Below, one piece after another: positions 8,578-20,445 of a stretch of DNA of 64,000 nucleotides. The notes beneath the pieces were generated by a model that worked only from the letters and a program-made list of their open reading frames with translations, had not been told where the DNA came from and ran no database searches. Source of the DNA: Phycisphaerae bacterium (GTDB taxonomy: Bacteria > Planctomycetota > Phycisphaerae > UBA1845 > Fen-1342); the NCBI GenBank assembly GCA_963675745.2, contig CAXXWX010000019.1, forward strand, positions 192,001 to 256,000, given 5' to 3'. The position numbers were made by a program, and so were the translations under genes. The first letter of the stretch is position 1. Every line of letters begins with the position of its first letter.

Positions 8578-10164
8578 ATGACTACGATCGACGTGCTTTA
8601 TGACCTTACCTGTGCGGCGAGCGATGCGGCGCGTTTTGCGCGCGACATCGCCCTCGAACAGACCGTTGAGGTTCCCGAAGCGGTTGCCACCGCCGCCGAC
8701 CTGCCGGCGGGGATCGTCGGCGAGGTGGCGGATATCCAACCGCGCGCCGGTGCCGCCGGCTGTTTTCGCGCCACGATTCGGTACGGCGCCGACCTTGCCG
8801 CGCTGCAATTGCCCCAACTGCTCAACCTGCTCTACGGGAATATCTCGATCAAGAACAACGTCCGCATCGTGGATGTTAGCCTGCCGGCGGAGTTCATCGC
8901 CAACTTCAAGGGGCCCAACTACGGCGATAGCGGCCTGCGCAGACTGCTGGGCGTGTACGATCGCCCGTTGCTGGCCACCGCCATCAAGCCGCGCGGGGCG
9001 CGACTCGACCACCTGACGTCCATCGTGCGCGACTTCGCCCTCGGCGGCGGCGACATCATCAAGGACGATCACAACCTCGTCGATCTCTCATTCGACGCGT
9101 TCGAAACGCGGGTTACCGCCTGTCAGAGGGCTGTTGAGGAAGCCAATGCCGGCACGGGGCACCATGCGCTCTATTTCCCGATGTTGATGCCGCCCGCTGA
9201 TCAGCTCGAGCGCCACATCGACTTTCTGCTGAGCCGTGGCATCCGCGGCGTGCTGGTGTGCCCGTTCATTCAGGGCGTTGACACGATTCGGCATCTGGCC
9301 GAAACGCATCGCCTGGCAATCATGGCCCACCCCGCCTTCTGCGGGACGTTCCTGCACGACGAGACGCACGGCATCGCCGCACATGTGTTGCTCGGCACGC
9401 TGCTGCGCCTGGCGGCCGCCGACGCGTCGATCTTCCCCAACCACGGTGGTCGTTTTGCCTTTACGCGCGAGCGGTGTGCGTCGATCAGCCGCGCTCTGCG
9501 CGAGCCGCTGGGGAATCTGAAGCCCGCCATGCCCGTGCCGGCCGGCGGGATGCGCTTCGAGAGCATCCCCGACATGGCCGAGCTGTATCAGGCCGATGCT
9601 ATTTTCCTCATCGGTGGGGCCCTGCTGAGCCACTCGCGCAGCCTGCGTGATAGCACGGCGGCATTCGTCGAACGCGTCGGCGAACACTTCAGCCCGCGAT
9701 ACACCCCGCCCGAGCGCGACTTGTTCCCGCTGGGCAGCGCGTGCGAACACGGTGTCAGCGAGCTGGTCGAGGGAATCAGGACGCACCTGCGATTCAACGC
9801 CGACTTCACCTGGCAGGGCCGCAGCGCCGTGGCATACAAGTCTTCTGCGGAGCTCCCGTTTCGTGACGTTGAGCGTACTGAACTGGTCGGAAAAACCGGT
9901 GAGCCGGCGGCGTTTGACCTGCGCTATTTCCAGATCGCTCCGCAAGGCTTCACCAGCCTTGAGAGGCACCGTCACATTCACGCCGTCATTTGTGCCCGCG
10001 GTCGGGGTGTGCTGCTGGTCGACGAGCGGCGCATCGAATTGCGGCCGCTGGACGTGGCGTACATTGAGCCGAACGCCGTTCACCAGCTCCGCAACGAATC
10101 CACGGAGCCGCTGGGGTTCTTCTGCATCGTCGATCGCGAGCGCGATCAGCCGCGTCGGCCATAG
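8578..10164 (+). CDS. RuBisCO-like protein (form IV RLP) fused to a C-terminal cupin domain
   Basis: IALEQTVE, LLYGNIS, FKGPNYG, AIKPRG, GGDIIKDDH, IMAHPA, PVPAGGM, LIGGALL; then cupin LRYFQIAP..SLERHRHIHAV..HQLRN. Confidence 0.9.
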   Translation: MTTIDVLYDLTCAASDAARFARDIALEQTVEVPEAVATAADLPAGIVGEVADIQPRAGAAGCFRATIRYGADLAALQLPQLLNLLYGNISIKNNVRIVDVSLPAEFIANFKGPNYGDSGLRRLLGVYDRPLLATAIKPRGARLDHLTSIVRDFALGGGDIIKDDHNLVDLSFDAFETRVTACQRAVEEANAGTGHHALYFPMLMPPADQLERHIDFLLSRGIRGVLVCPFIQGVDTIRHLAETHRLAIMAHPAFCGTFLHDETHGIAAHVLLGTLLRLAAADASIFPNHGGRFAFTRERCASISRALREPLGNLKPAMPVPAGGMRFESIPDMAELYQADAIFLIGGALLSHSRSLRDSTAAFVERVGEHFSPRYTPPERDLFPLGSACEHGVSELVEGIRTHLRFNADFTWQGRSAVAYKSSAELPFRDVERTELVGKTGEPAAFDLRYFQIAPQGFTSLERHRHIHAVICARGRGVLLVDERRIELRPLDVAYIEPNAVHQLRNESTEPLGFFCIVDRERDQPRRP

Positions 10165-10307
10165 GTGCCTCGCGACGGCCGGCCCGCCGGGCTTTGGCGA
10201 CGCGCTTGGCGCAGACGCGCGGCGGGACAAGCCAGGCTCATCCCGCCGCGGTTGCATCATGCGACCAGGTCACCCAGACGGGTGATGGTGGTACGAAGGC
10301 AGCGGGC

Positions 10308-11681
<1,374 letters not shown>

Positions 11682-12101
11682 TTACTCCATGCGGTGCGCG
11701 GACTCTCGTCCAACCCAATCGGGGAAAGAGAAAATTGGTAGGAACCAAAACGTTTGGCATGTATGCAGCACGCTCTTTCTGAGAAGCGGTGCTTCGCGGA
11801 TTCAACGACCACCGCCGTAACTCGCCGGTAACGATCGCGCGCCCGCGGAAACCGTCGTCGCCACCCTGTCAGGGGCAACGATGAAAAAACGTGCAAGCGA
11901 CTATTCTTGCACATCCGCGGGCTGCTTGGCAAGGCGTCGGCGCCTATTTCCCCGGAATTCCGGCCCATACTCGGCAGGTGGCCGTCGGCGACCACGGGGC
12001 GCCGGCCGGCGACCAGCGCCCCGCCCGCCTGTCCCCGGTTTCGCCGCTTGGTTACAATCAGCATCGGTAATCACCGGGCGACGCTATCGCGGGAGCCGGC
12101 C

Positions 12102-12626
12102 GTGGATCTGTGGAAGAAATTCGATCAGAACATCATCAGCCACAGTGCCGCCCACCACCTGATGGCCATCGATGATCTGTTCAGTAAATTCGGTTACGCC
12201 CGGGTCTCGGATGTGGCCCGGCTGTTGAACATCACGCGCGGCAGCGTCTCGATTTCTCTGCAACCGCTCAAGAAATCCGGCCTGGTCATCCAGGACGAGA
12301 ATCGGCACGTGCGGCTCTCAGCCGCCGGTCAGGGCCTGGTGGATGCCATCAAGACCAAGCGCGAGCTGATTCGACGGCTGTTGACCGATCTTCTCGGAGT
12401 GCCGGCGGCCGAAGCCGAGACCGATGCCTGCAAGATAGAGCATCTGATCAGCAACCAGACGGCGCAGCGGCTGGTGCTGTTTCTGCGTTTTATTGACGAG
12501 GGTAAAGAGCCGGCCGCCGGGTTCCTCGCCGCGCTGCGTGGATTTCACGAGGAGTGTTCTCGGGATCCGGCAATCTGCCCGACATGTGACACGCAGTGCC
12601 GCGCGGAGAATGTGAGGCCCGAGTAG
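12102..12626 (+). CDS. Metal-dependent transcriptional regulator, DtxR/MntR family, with Cys-rich C-terminal tail
   Basis: GGAG + GTG start; ARVSDVARLLNITRGSVS HTH; 'AETDACKIEH' metal site; tail CSRDPAICPTCDTQC. Confidence 0.85.
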   Translation: MDLWKKFDQNIISHSAAHHLMAIDDLFSKFGYARVSDVARLLNITRGSVSISLQPLKKSGLVIQDENRHVRLSAAGQGLVDAIKTKRELIRRLLTDLLGVPAAEAETDACKIEHLISNQTAQRLVLFLRFIDEGKEPAAGFLAALRGFHEECSRDPAICPTCDTQCRAENVRPE

Positions 12627-12668
12627 GGCCCCGCCGGCGTGCTGGTGGCAAACGGCCGACTCGGGGTC

Positions 12669-12716
12669 GGCCGCTACCGGTTGGCCGCTACCGTTGGCCG
12701 CTACCAGTCGGCTGCT
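12669..12716 (+). repeat. Short intergenic tandem repeat (GGCCGCTACC-N3-4) x3
   Basis: ggccgctaccggtt ggccgctaccgtt ggccgctaccagtc read directly. Confidence 0.7.
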
Positions 12717-12768
12717 TTGATAGGCGCAACGTGCTTCAGAAGATTGTGGGCCCTGCAAGAGGGAGAAC

Positions 12769-13194
12769 GTGGTGGCCACGCTGACGAACTCTGATCTGGT
12801 CGACGAGCTCAACGTCGTATTCGCGGAGGAGACGGAGGCGGCCATTCGCTATCTGCACCTGCTCACCGCGGTGCGCGGGATGGATCGGCTCATCGTTGAG
12901 CCGGTGCTGAGACAGGCGTTTGAAGAGACAATCCAGCACGCCCAGATGATCGGTCAGAAGTTGCGCACGCTGGGCGCGGTTCCCAAGCTGCGGATTACGC
13001 TCGATTGCCCGCCCGAGCCGCTCACCGGCAAGCAGGCCATCGAAATCGCCCTGACGTTCGAAGAGGCGGCGCTGGAAGCCTATGGCGACATGCTCAAGCG
13101 GGTCGAAGGCGACGTTGTGCTGGAGGAGTTTGTCCGCGCGCAGGTGGCCGCCGAATCACAACACGTCGCCGAGTTGAAGGAACTGCTCGACTGA
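12769..13194 (+). CDS. Ferritin-like (bacterioferritin/Dps-type four-helix bundle) protein
   Basis: GGAGA RBS; E..A...Y, EETIQHA, FEEAA...Y, AESQH ferroxidase-type pattern; follows the DtxR regulator. Confidence 0.8.
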   Translation: MVATLTNSDLVDELNVVFAEETEAAIRYLHLLTAVRGMDRLIVEPVLRQAFEETIQHAQMIGQKLRTLGAVPKLRITLDCPPEPLTGKQAIEIALTFEEAALEAYGDMLKRVEGDVVLEEFVRAQVAAESQHVAELKELLD

Positions 13195-13196
13195 TC

Positions 13197-15080
13197 TCAC
13201 GGGCTCGGCTGAGTCGTGTTCCCCGCGCCGGGAGCCCGCCACGCGTCATCGATGCCTGGAATCAAGCGCTCCGCCTGTTCGCGGTGGTCTCGCGCTTCGT
13301 CGGTCAGTCCGGCGGCCGATAGCAGCTCTGCCAGAAGAAAGTGCGCGGCGCCGTCCCTTGGATCGAGTTTTAAGGCGGTCCGCAGTGATGCGATCGCTTC
13401 CTCCGGCCTGTCCTGGGCCATCAGGGCCGCACCGAGCCCGGTGTGTGCCGGCGCGATTTGTGGCGCCAGCGCGATGACGGCCCGAAAGGACGCCTCGGCG
13501 TCGGTTACCCGATTGAGCTCCAGTTGCACGCGTGCCAGGTCAAGGTGGTCGGCAAACTGGTTGGGATCGGCGGCAACCGCTTCCTCCAGGTAGGCCGCGG
13601 CGCGACCCGGCTGCCCCGCACGGTAGTACGCCTCGCCGAGGATGCTCGCCTGGCGCGCGTAGTCCACATCTCTCACACCCCACAGAGCCGAGTTGGAAAG
13701 CACCACCAGCAGCACGAGCGCGGCTCCGGCCAGGCGCAATTGTTTGTACCGCCGAAATCGCACGGCCGCAATCAGCCAGAACACGGCCTGGGCGGCATAG
13801 ATCGCCAACAGCGGTACGAGCGGGATGCGAAATCGCCCGGTCACAAAAAACGCCACGATCGTCAGTGCGTACAGGGCGATGATCCAGCGCGGCAGGCCGG
13901 CCAGGGGAGTCGGCCTGGCGGGCAGGAACATGCCGATCAGCGCCAGCGGAAGCAATACGCCGCCTGGAAACGCGACGCCGGGGTTGTGCTGCCAAAACAG
14001 AGTCGCCGCCAACGGCGACCATAGTCGATCGAGATACATCGAGCGATTCGACTCAATCTCGAAGCCGTTCAGCAGGTAGTACACCTTGCGCACGGTCAAT
14101 CCGAGCGCGCCAGCCGGGTTCTCGCGCCAATACGCGAGTCCTCGGGCAAACCAGAATCGCGATACCGCGGAGTCAGTCATCGGGTGGCCGCTGAGCGCCT
14201 CGGCGTTGGCGCGCGAGGACCACCAGACGTTGTCAACGTATTTCTCGTGCCGCACCCAGGCCGGCGGGATAAAAGCGACCGCGGTTTTGCCATCCGCTTC
14301 CGCATGATTGCCGATGTAGAAGTTGGCCCCGCCTTGGGTGCTGATCAGCACCCACTCGCCGCCGATGACACGGTTGTGTAGAGTGACTGGCAGTATCGGC
14401 AGCATAAGACCCGCGCCGAATACCAGGACGTGCGCGAGCGTTCTGCGATTCTCGTCGGCGCGCCGCCTCTTCCACAGCCACCACAGCACTATGGCCGGCG
14501 CAATAACCAGGAACGTCGGTCGCGTGATCGCGCTACAGCCCAACAGCCCGCCACAGAACAGCCAGCGCGCGGCGGTCGGCCGGGCCGCGGCCGCATGCAG
14601 CGCCAGCAACATCGCCAGGAACAAAAAGACCGCCAATGACGGGATCAGTAGCTCGTTCTCGAAGTAGATCAACGGTCCGTACAGGGCGCAGATGAAGCCG
14701 GCGAGCGCGCCGGCCGCGGCATTCACCATACGTCTGCCGAGGAGCACCACGAGAACGCAACTGATTGCACCGAGCAGGTGCTGGACAACACGCGCCCCCA
14801 GGAAACTCTCACCGGTGAGTCGGTAAGCGCCGGCCAGGAACAACGGATACAGCGGCGCGCGAAAGAACGGGTGTTTTTCGGTCCACTCTCCGGCCGCCAG
14901 GGTTTGCGCCCATTCGGCGTGCCAGCGCGCGTCGGTCTGAAACACGTTGAACAGCGGGCCGGCTGACACCTGGTGCATGTAGAGCAGGCGCACGCCGACG
15001 GCCAGCACGAACACCGCAACTATGATCAACGGTCGCTCAGCGCTGATCAGGCCTCGGAGTGTTCCCGGCCGTTCACTCAT
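13197..15080 (-). CDS. GT-C fold (GT39/PMT-like) membrane glycosyltransferase with C-terminal TPR repeats
   Basis: Many TM helices; FFRAPLYPLFLA, ITRPT, STQGGANFYIGN, FFVTGRFRIP; TPR helices at the C-terminus. Start could be 15125. Confidence 0.8.
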   Translation of the reverse strand: MSERPGTLRGLISAERPLIIVAVFVLAVGVRLLYMHQVSAGPLFNVFQTDARWHAEWAQTLAAGEWTEKHPFFRAPLYPLFLAGAYRLTGESFLGARVVQHLLGAISCVLVVLLGRRMVNAAAGALAGFICALYGPLIYFENELLIPSLAVFLFLAMLLALHAAAARPTAARWLFCGGLLGCSAITRPTFLVIAPAIVLWWLWKRRRADENRRTLAHVLVFGAGLMLPILPVTLHNRVIGGEWVLISTQGGANFYIGNHAEADGKTAVAFIPPAWVRHEKYVDNVWWSSRANAEALSGHPMTDSAVSRFWFARGLAYWRENPAGALGLTVRKVYYLLNGFEIESNRSMYLDRLWSPLAATLFWQHNPGVAFPGGVLLPLALIGMFLPARPTPLAGLPRWIIALYALTIVAFFVTGRFRIPLVPLLAIYAAQAVFWLIAAVRFRRYKQLRLAGAALVLLVVLSNSALWGVRDVDYARQASILGEAYYRAGQPGRAAAYLEEAVAADPNQFADHLDLARVQLELNRVTDAEASFRAVIALAPQIAPAHTGLGAALMAQDRPEEAIASLRTALKLDPRDGAAHFLLAELLSAAGLTDEARDHREQAERLIPGIDDAWRAPGAGNTTQPSP

Positions 15081-15201
15081 GGCGCAATCTCTCGGTGCAT
15101 CCGGCCGCGCGGGCGTTTCCAGCATGCGAGCGGCTGCGCGGATGCTGATTTGGCCAAGTTGGCCGGCGACCCGGTCAACGTTCTGGCTTTGCGCGGCATT
15201 C

Positions 15202-15210
15202 TGCTAGAAT
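15202..15210 (+). promoter_or_regulatory. Putative extended -10 promoter (TGnTAGAAT) for the 15271 gene
   Basis: tgctagaat about 60 nt upstream of the ATG. Confidence 0.45.
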
Positions 15211-15270
15211 ACGGAGCCATATGTCAGGCGACAAGGAAGCCCGGCACCAGACCCCTTTCATGAGGGCGCG

Positions 15271-18200
15271 ATGAAGAGCGCGGATCCCGTGACGGACGCA
15301 CAAGACGAACAGCTCATGCAGGCGACCGCCGGACACCCCTGGCGCCTGGGCCGCTTCCCCACGCTGATGCCGCAGCGCATCGAGGAGATTCTACTCGTCT
15401 CCAGTCCTTATGATTCCTTCATCCTCGAGGAAGACGGCCTGTTGACCGAGCTGATCTCGTCGGAATACTCGGATCTCGGTCTGACGCACTCGCCCAACGT
15501 CACGCGGGTTTCGACGGCGGGTAATGCGCTGTCCGCCATCGAACACCAGAAATTCGATCTAGTAATCGCGATGCAGCGGCTTGGTGACATGGATGTCAGC
15601 CGTTTTGCGAGCACCGTGCGTGAAGTGGACAAGGATCTGCCAATCGCAATGCTGGTTTCCAGTGACCTGGAGCTGAAGCGCTTCGCCGAGGTCGCCGGCA
15701 GGTTCGAGGGTGGTACGGCCTACGTATGGCACGGCGACGCCAAGCTCTTTCTCGCGATTATCAAGGTGCTCGAGGATCGGCTCAACGTCGAACATGACAC
15801 GCGTGCCGCCGGCGTCGGCACTATTATTTTCCTCGAGGACTCGATCCAGTACCGTTCGCTGCTGCTGCCCATTCTCTACAGTGAGTTGGTCAACCAGACC
15901 CGCTCGGTGCTCGCCGACGGCATTAACCGCATGCACAAGACACTCCGCATGCGTGCCCGCCCCAAGATCCTCGTGGCCGATACCTACGAGCAGGGCGTGG
16001 AGTATTACTCGCGCTACCGCAAGTACCTGTTCGGCGTTATCGCCGACGTGCGTTTCCCGCGCGAGGGGATTCACGATCCGCGCGCCGGGCTCGACTTCAT
16101 CCGCATGGTCAAGGCTGATTACCGCGACATGCCTGCGTTGCTGCAATCTTCGGAGGAGCGCAACCGCGAGTTGGCCGAGGCGGTCGGCGCGCAGTTTCTC
16201 CACAAACGCTCCCCGACGCTGTTGCAGGACGTGCGCGACTTCATGTTGGGCAATTTCGGCTTCGGCGACTTCGTATTTCGCCTGCCCGACCATCACGAAA
16301 TCACACGCGCCGCCGACCTGCGCGCCATGCGCATGGCCCTCGAGGATGTGCCGGCCGAGTCGATTGAATACCACGCGCGACGGAATCACTTCTCCAACTG
16401 GCTGCGCGCGCGAACCGAGTTCGAGCTCGCCGCGCGCCTGCGGCCCCGCCGCGTATCCGAATTCGGCAATTTCGAAGACCTCAGACGCTACCTGATCGAC
16501 TCGTGCGAAGAGGCCCTGCGACGCAACCGGCGCGGCGTCGTCGAGGATTTCTCACGCCTTCGTTTTGACGAGGGTGTCCATTTCGCACGCATCGGCGGTG
16601 GTTCGCTCGGCGGCAAGGCCCGCGGACTGGCGTTTGTCGACGCGTTGATTGCTCGACACAAGTTGCACCAGGCTTACAAGGGTGTGCAAATCTCGGTGCC
16701 GCGATCCGTCGTGATCGGGACCGATGTCTTCGACGGTTTTCTGGCCACAAACAACCTCTGGCCGGTTATCCACGGCGAGGCCACGGACCGCGAGTTGCGC
16801 GCCGCGTTTCTCCGCGCGGAGTTTCCCAAACGCGTGCTCAAAGACCTGCGGGCGTTTCTGCACGTGGTGCGCGATCCGATCGCCGTGCGCTCATCCAGTC
16901 TGCTCGAAGACTCCCAGTACCACCCGTTTGCGGGGATCTATGAAACGTTCATGATCCCGAACAACGAGTACAACGGCCGCCAGCGCCTGGCGCGCCTGGC
17001 CGATGCCATCAAGCTGGTGTACGCATCGGCCCACTTCGCCGGCGTACGGCGCTACCTTCAGAACACCCCGTACCGAATTGAAGAGCAAAAGATGGCGGTC
17101 GTTATGCAGCCCGTCGTGGGCCAACGGCGCGGCCGGAACTACTATCCGAGCTTTGCCGGAACCGCACGCTCCTTCAACTTCTACCCCGTCGGACATATGC
17201 GTCCCGAAGATGGCATCGCGTCCGTCGTGTTGGGGTTGGGGGGCATGGTCGTCGATGGTGGGGCCGCGCTGCGCTTCTGCCCGGCGCATCCGCGGATACT
17301 CCCGCAGTTCGGCGAAATGGAGGAGTTTCTGAATCAATCGCAGCGGTCGTTTCTCGCCATTGATCTTGAAAGCGACGCGCGTGGATTGGGTAGCGAGAAC
17401 TTCAGAAGCTTGGTGAACCTCGATCTGGAAGTTGCCGAGCGCGACGGCACCCTAGCCCCGGTCGGCTCGGTCTGGTCACCAGAGAATGACGCCCTCTACG
17501 ATGGGATCCATCGTGCCGGCGTGCGCGTGGTCACCTTTGCCCATGTGTTGAAATCCGAAATCTTCCCGCTTGCCAAAATACTCCGCCAACTGCTGGCCAT
17601 CGGCAAGGCCGGCCTCAACGCGCCTGTCGACGTGGAATTCGCCGCCAATCTCGACACCGACCCGATGCAGTTTGTCGTGCTTCAGATTCGCCCCTGTGTC
17701 GGCAACGGCGACCAGCGCGACATCGACGTGGACGGCCTGCCGCGTGACGAACTACTGTGCGACAGCCCGCAGGCGCTTGGCAACGGTGTGATCACCGGTG
17801 TCAGTGATATCCTCTACGTGCGTCCGGAGCACTTCGATCCGGCCAGGACCGAGACAATCGCGCACGAGATCGGCGTGTTAAACGCTGATTTGGCAGCCGA
17901 ACGGCGCAACTGTATGCTCATTGGCCCGGGGCGTTGGGGGACCACCACCAACTGGCTCGGCATTCCAGTGAACTGGTCGCAAATCTCGACGGCGCGGGTG
18001 ATCGTCGAGGCCGCCCTGGACAACTTCACGATTGACCCATCCCAGGGCAGCCATTTCTTCCACAACCTCACCTCGTTCGGCATCGCCTATCTGTCGGTGA
18101 ACGCCCACGCGGGCGTGGGTTTCATCGATTGGGACTGGCTGCACGCGCAGCCCGCCGAGTGCGAAACGGACCTCGTGCGCCATGTCCGTCTGCCCGAGTC

Positions 18201-18273
18201 ACTTGAAGCCCGCGTGGATGGACGCTCTTCCCACGCGGCGGTTCTGAAACGTGCGCGGCGCGTGGACTGTTGA
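15271..18273 (+). CDS. Receiver-like domains fused to a PEP synthase/PPDK N-terminal (ATP-grasp, PEP/pyruvate-binding) domain
   Basis: N-terminal ILLVSSPYD..FDLVI and IIADVRFP..ALLQS REC-like folds; IGGGSLGGKARGL, AVRSSSLLEDS, FAGIYET, MAVVMQ, DVEFA, LQIRP, SQGSHFFHN. Confidence 0.85.
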   Translation: MKSADPVTDAQDEQLMQATAGHPWRLGRFPTLMPQRIEEILLVSSPYDSFILEEDGLLTELISSEYSDLGLTHSPNVTRVSTAGNALSAIEHQKFDLVIAMQRLGDMDVSRFASTVREVDKDLPIAMLVSSDLELKRFAEVAGRFEGGTAYVWHGDAKLFLAIIKVLEDRLNVEHDTRAAGVGTIIFLEDSIQYRSLLLPILYSELVNQTRSVLADGINRMHKTLRMRARPKILVADTYEQGVEYYSRYRKYLFGVIADVRFPREGIHDPRAGLDFIRMVKADYRDMPALLQSSEERNRELAEAVGAQFLHKRSPTLLQDVRDFMLGNFGFGDFVFRLPDHHEITRAADLRAMRMALEDVPAESIEYHARRNHFSNWLRARTEFELAARLRPRRVSEFGNFEDLRRYLIDSCEEALRRNRRGVVEDFSRLRFDEGVHFARIGGGSLGGKARGLAFVDALIARHKLHQAYKGVQISVPRSVVIGTDVFDGFLATNNLWPVIHGEATDRELRAAFLRAEFPKRVLKDLRAFLHVVRDPIAVRSSSLLEDSQYHPFAGIYETFMIPNNEYNGRQRLARLADAIKLVYASAHFAGVRRYLQNTPYRIEEQKMAVVMQPVVGQRRGRNYYPSFAGTARSFNFYPVGHMRPEDGIASVVLGLGGMVVDGGAALRFCPAHPRILPQFGEMEEFLNQSQRSFLAIDLESDARGLGSENFRSLVNLDLEVAERDGTLAPVGSVWSPENDALYDGIHRAGVRVVTFAHVLKSEIFPLAKILRQLLAIGKAGLNAPVDVEFAANLDTDPMQFVVLQIRPCVGNGDQRDIDVDGLPRDELLCDSPQALGNGVITGVSDILYVRPEHFDPARTETIAHEIGVLNADLAAERRNCMLIGPGRWGTTTNWLGIPVNWSQISTARVIVEAALDNFTIDPSQGSHFFHNLTSFGIAYLSVNAHAGVGFIDWDWLHAQPAECETDLVRHVRLPESLEARVDGRSSHAAVLKRARRVDC

Positions 18274-18417
18274 GGGCTGCCCAGGGCAAGAGCGCCGGGT
18301 GCGCGTAGCGGCGTTTTCAGGAAACAGTCGGTGGCCGTTGTCGCCGGCCAGCGGCGCAGGTGGTTGAGTTCGCGGCTGGCGAGCAGCCTGTGTCGTCAGA
18401 TTGTCAATGAGACCGGG

Positions 18418-19419
18418 TCAACTCGCGTCGCCGTCCAGAATCCTGCCGATTCCGCCGAGAATGCTGCCTTCTCCGGTGCGCTTGCCGGCGACGCCGCCGG
18501 TGGCGTGTATGCGGTCGGCCAGCCGCGCAAAGGGCAGCGACTGGAGCCACACATTCCCCGGTCCGGTCAGTGAGGCGAAGAACAGTCCCTCGCCGCCGAA
18601 GAGCGAGTTCTTAATTCCCCCGACGAACTTGATTTCGTAGTTGACGGATGGCTCAAAGGCCACGATGCACCCGGTGTCGACCTTGAGCGTGTCGCCGGGC
18701 GCCAACTGGCGGTGGTGCAGTGTTCCGCCAGCGTGTACGAATGCGATGCCGTCGCCGGTGAGCCTTTGCAGGATGAAGCCCTCGCCGCCGAACAACCCGG
18801 CACCGATGCGCTTGGTAAAGGCGATGCCGATGGACACGCCGCGCGCCGCCGCCAGGAACGAGTCCTTCTGGCACAGCATTTCACCGCCGAGCTGGGCCAG
18901 GTCCATAGGCACGATGCTGCCGGGATAAGGAGCGGCGAATGCGACCTGGTGTTTGCCCTGCCCCTCATTCGTGAACGTGGTCATGAAGAGCGACTCGCCG
19001 GTGAGCACGCGTTTACCGGCGGTCATGAGCTTGTTGAGTATGCCCTGGTCCTGCGCGCTAGGATCGCCGAATTTGGTCTGCATCGTGATTGCGCTGGTCA
19101 TGTACATCATCGCGCCGGCCTCGGCGATGACCATCTCGCCCGGGTCGAGTTCGACCTCGACAAACTGCATGTCGTCGCCGGTGATGACATAGTCGATTTC
19201 GTCGCTGCCGCGGCGGTTGGGCGGCGGTGTCGGGGCGGTGGTGTCGCGTTCGATGTTCAGACCCGGGGCCTGTCGCGCGGCGACCCACGTTGACATTCCC
19301 GGGCCGAATACCAGCGTCTCATCCCCGTCCAGCGCGGGCAGCTTGGCGATCAGTTCCGCCTTGGTTATGGGACCAACAGATTTCCCATCCTGTACGTAGT
19401 GCCACTGGCCATCTGCCAT
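18418..19419 (-). CDS. GYF_2 domain + TIGR00266/AIM24 family protein
   Basis: N-terminal [59 protein letters not shown]. Confidence 0.9.
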   Translation of the reverse strand: MADGQWHYVQDGKSVGPITKAELIAKLPALDGDETLVFGPGMSTWVAARQAPGLNIERDTTAPTPPPNRRGSDEIDYVITGDDMQFVEVELDPGEMVIAEAGAMMYMTSAITMQTKFGDPSAQDQGILNKLMTAGKRVLTGESLFMTTFTNEGQGKHQVAFAAPYPGSIVPMDLAQLGGEMLCQKDSFLAAARGVSIGIAFTKRIGAGLFGGEGFILQRLTGDGIAFVHAGGTLHHRQLAPGDTLKVDTGCIVAFEPSVNYEIKFVGGIKNSLFGGEGLFFASLTGPGNVWLQSLPFARLADRIHATGGVAGKRTGEGSILGGIGRILDGDAS

Positions 19420-19681
19420 GATCTTCTCCGTTCGCTGAAATCACGTGTGAATTCGCGACTCACCGATCGTTATTCACCGTGCATCGCGAACCACATTAAC
19501 TGGCACGGGGATAAGCCGGAAGTAGAAATCCCGGCCGCGTTTCGAATCGGGCAAGCCGAATGCCAGCAGCGGCCCCCAAACCTGCAACCTATCCACGCCC
19601 GATTCCCCCCGCCGGATCGACCGAGACCGCGCGAGACCAAGCCCCGCTCAGACGCTATGTCGGAGAGGCTCCATCGCCTTG

Positions 19682-20284
19682 TTACTTGAGCGACGGGTCG
19701 GGCTCGTCCGATGGCGGCTCTTCGCGGGTCTCTTCAACGGGCGAGTCCTGATACTCCACCGCATCCGATTCGATCGGCACCGTTGATATCCCCGGCGGCG
19801 TGATCACCACCCCGGGCGACTCGGCCGGTTGCTCGTACACCGGCGTCTCGGCGGGCGCCACGTACGTGGTCGTCGGGGCCGGCTGTACCGGCAGGGAGGG
19901 GCCGACGATTATCATCGTCTCGCGCGGAGGTACCTGCGTCATGCTCCGCTCGCGTTCGACAAGCCGATTGCGGTTGCCGAAGTGGTTGAACTGCACGACC
20001 AGGCCGTGGGGTATGCTGACTACGTTGTCATTGCCAAAGACCTCGATGCGCGGGATGCGCACACCTTCCTCGATGAACACCTCGTTCTGATTGCCGATGA
20101 TCGATAGCTTGCACAGTCGCGACCACTTCTCGATCGTCACCACGTTGCTGTTGCCCGTTATGCCCGTGTCGCCGAAGAACTCGCCGGTGCGCGTCGTTCC
20201 ATGAGCGATGATACCGGTGGGCGCGCAGCCCGCGGCGCAGAGGATCAGGGCCGACAGAAATACTATGGTTATGGTGTTTCTCAT
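19682..20284 (-). CDS. Putative lipoprotein with beta-solenoid-like (IxGNxNxV) repeats and Pro/acidic tail
   Basis: Lipobox LCAAGC; ITGNSNVV / IIGNQNEV / VFGNDNVV / FGNRNR repeats. Confidence 0.65.
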   Translation of the reverse strand: MRNTITIVFLSALILCAAGCAPTGIIAHGTTRTGEFFGDTGITGNSNVVTIEKWSRLCKLSIIGNQNEVFIEEGVRIPRIEVFGNDNVVSIPHGLVVQFNHFGNRNRLVERERSMTQVPPRETMIIVGPSLPVQPAPTTTYVAPAETPVYEQPAESPGVVITPPGISTVPIESDAVEYQDSPVEETREEPPSDEPDPSLK

Positions 20285-20445
20285 CGCGACACCCTCGCTG
20301 CTGTGTGATGACCACGTCTGATTCATATACGCAACCACTGCCTTTTACCTATCGCGACAGCAAGTGTACAAGCGCCGCCAAAGCGTGACCAGCGTCTCGC
20401 AGGGCGATGGTTCCCAATTTACTACCGGCCGCGGTGGGTGTTGCC

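Noticed and set aside
8578..9700. Bona fide CO2-fixing RuBisCO
   Set aside because: KDDH rather than the GxDFxKDDE context, short barrel, no small subunit or PRK; consistent with a form IV RLP.
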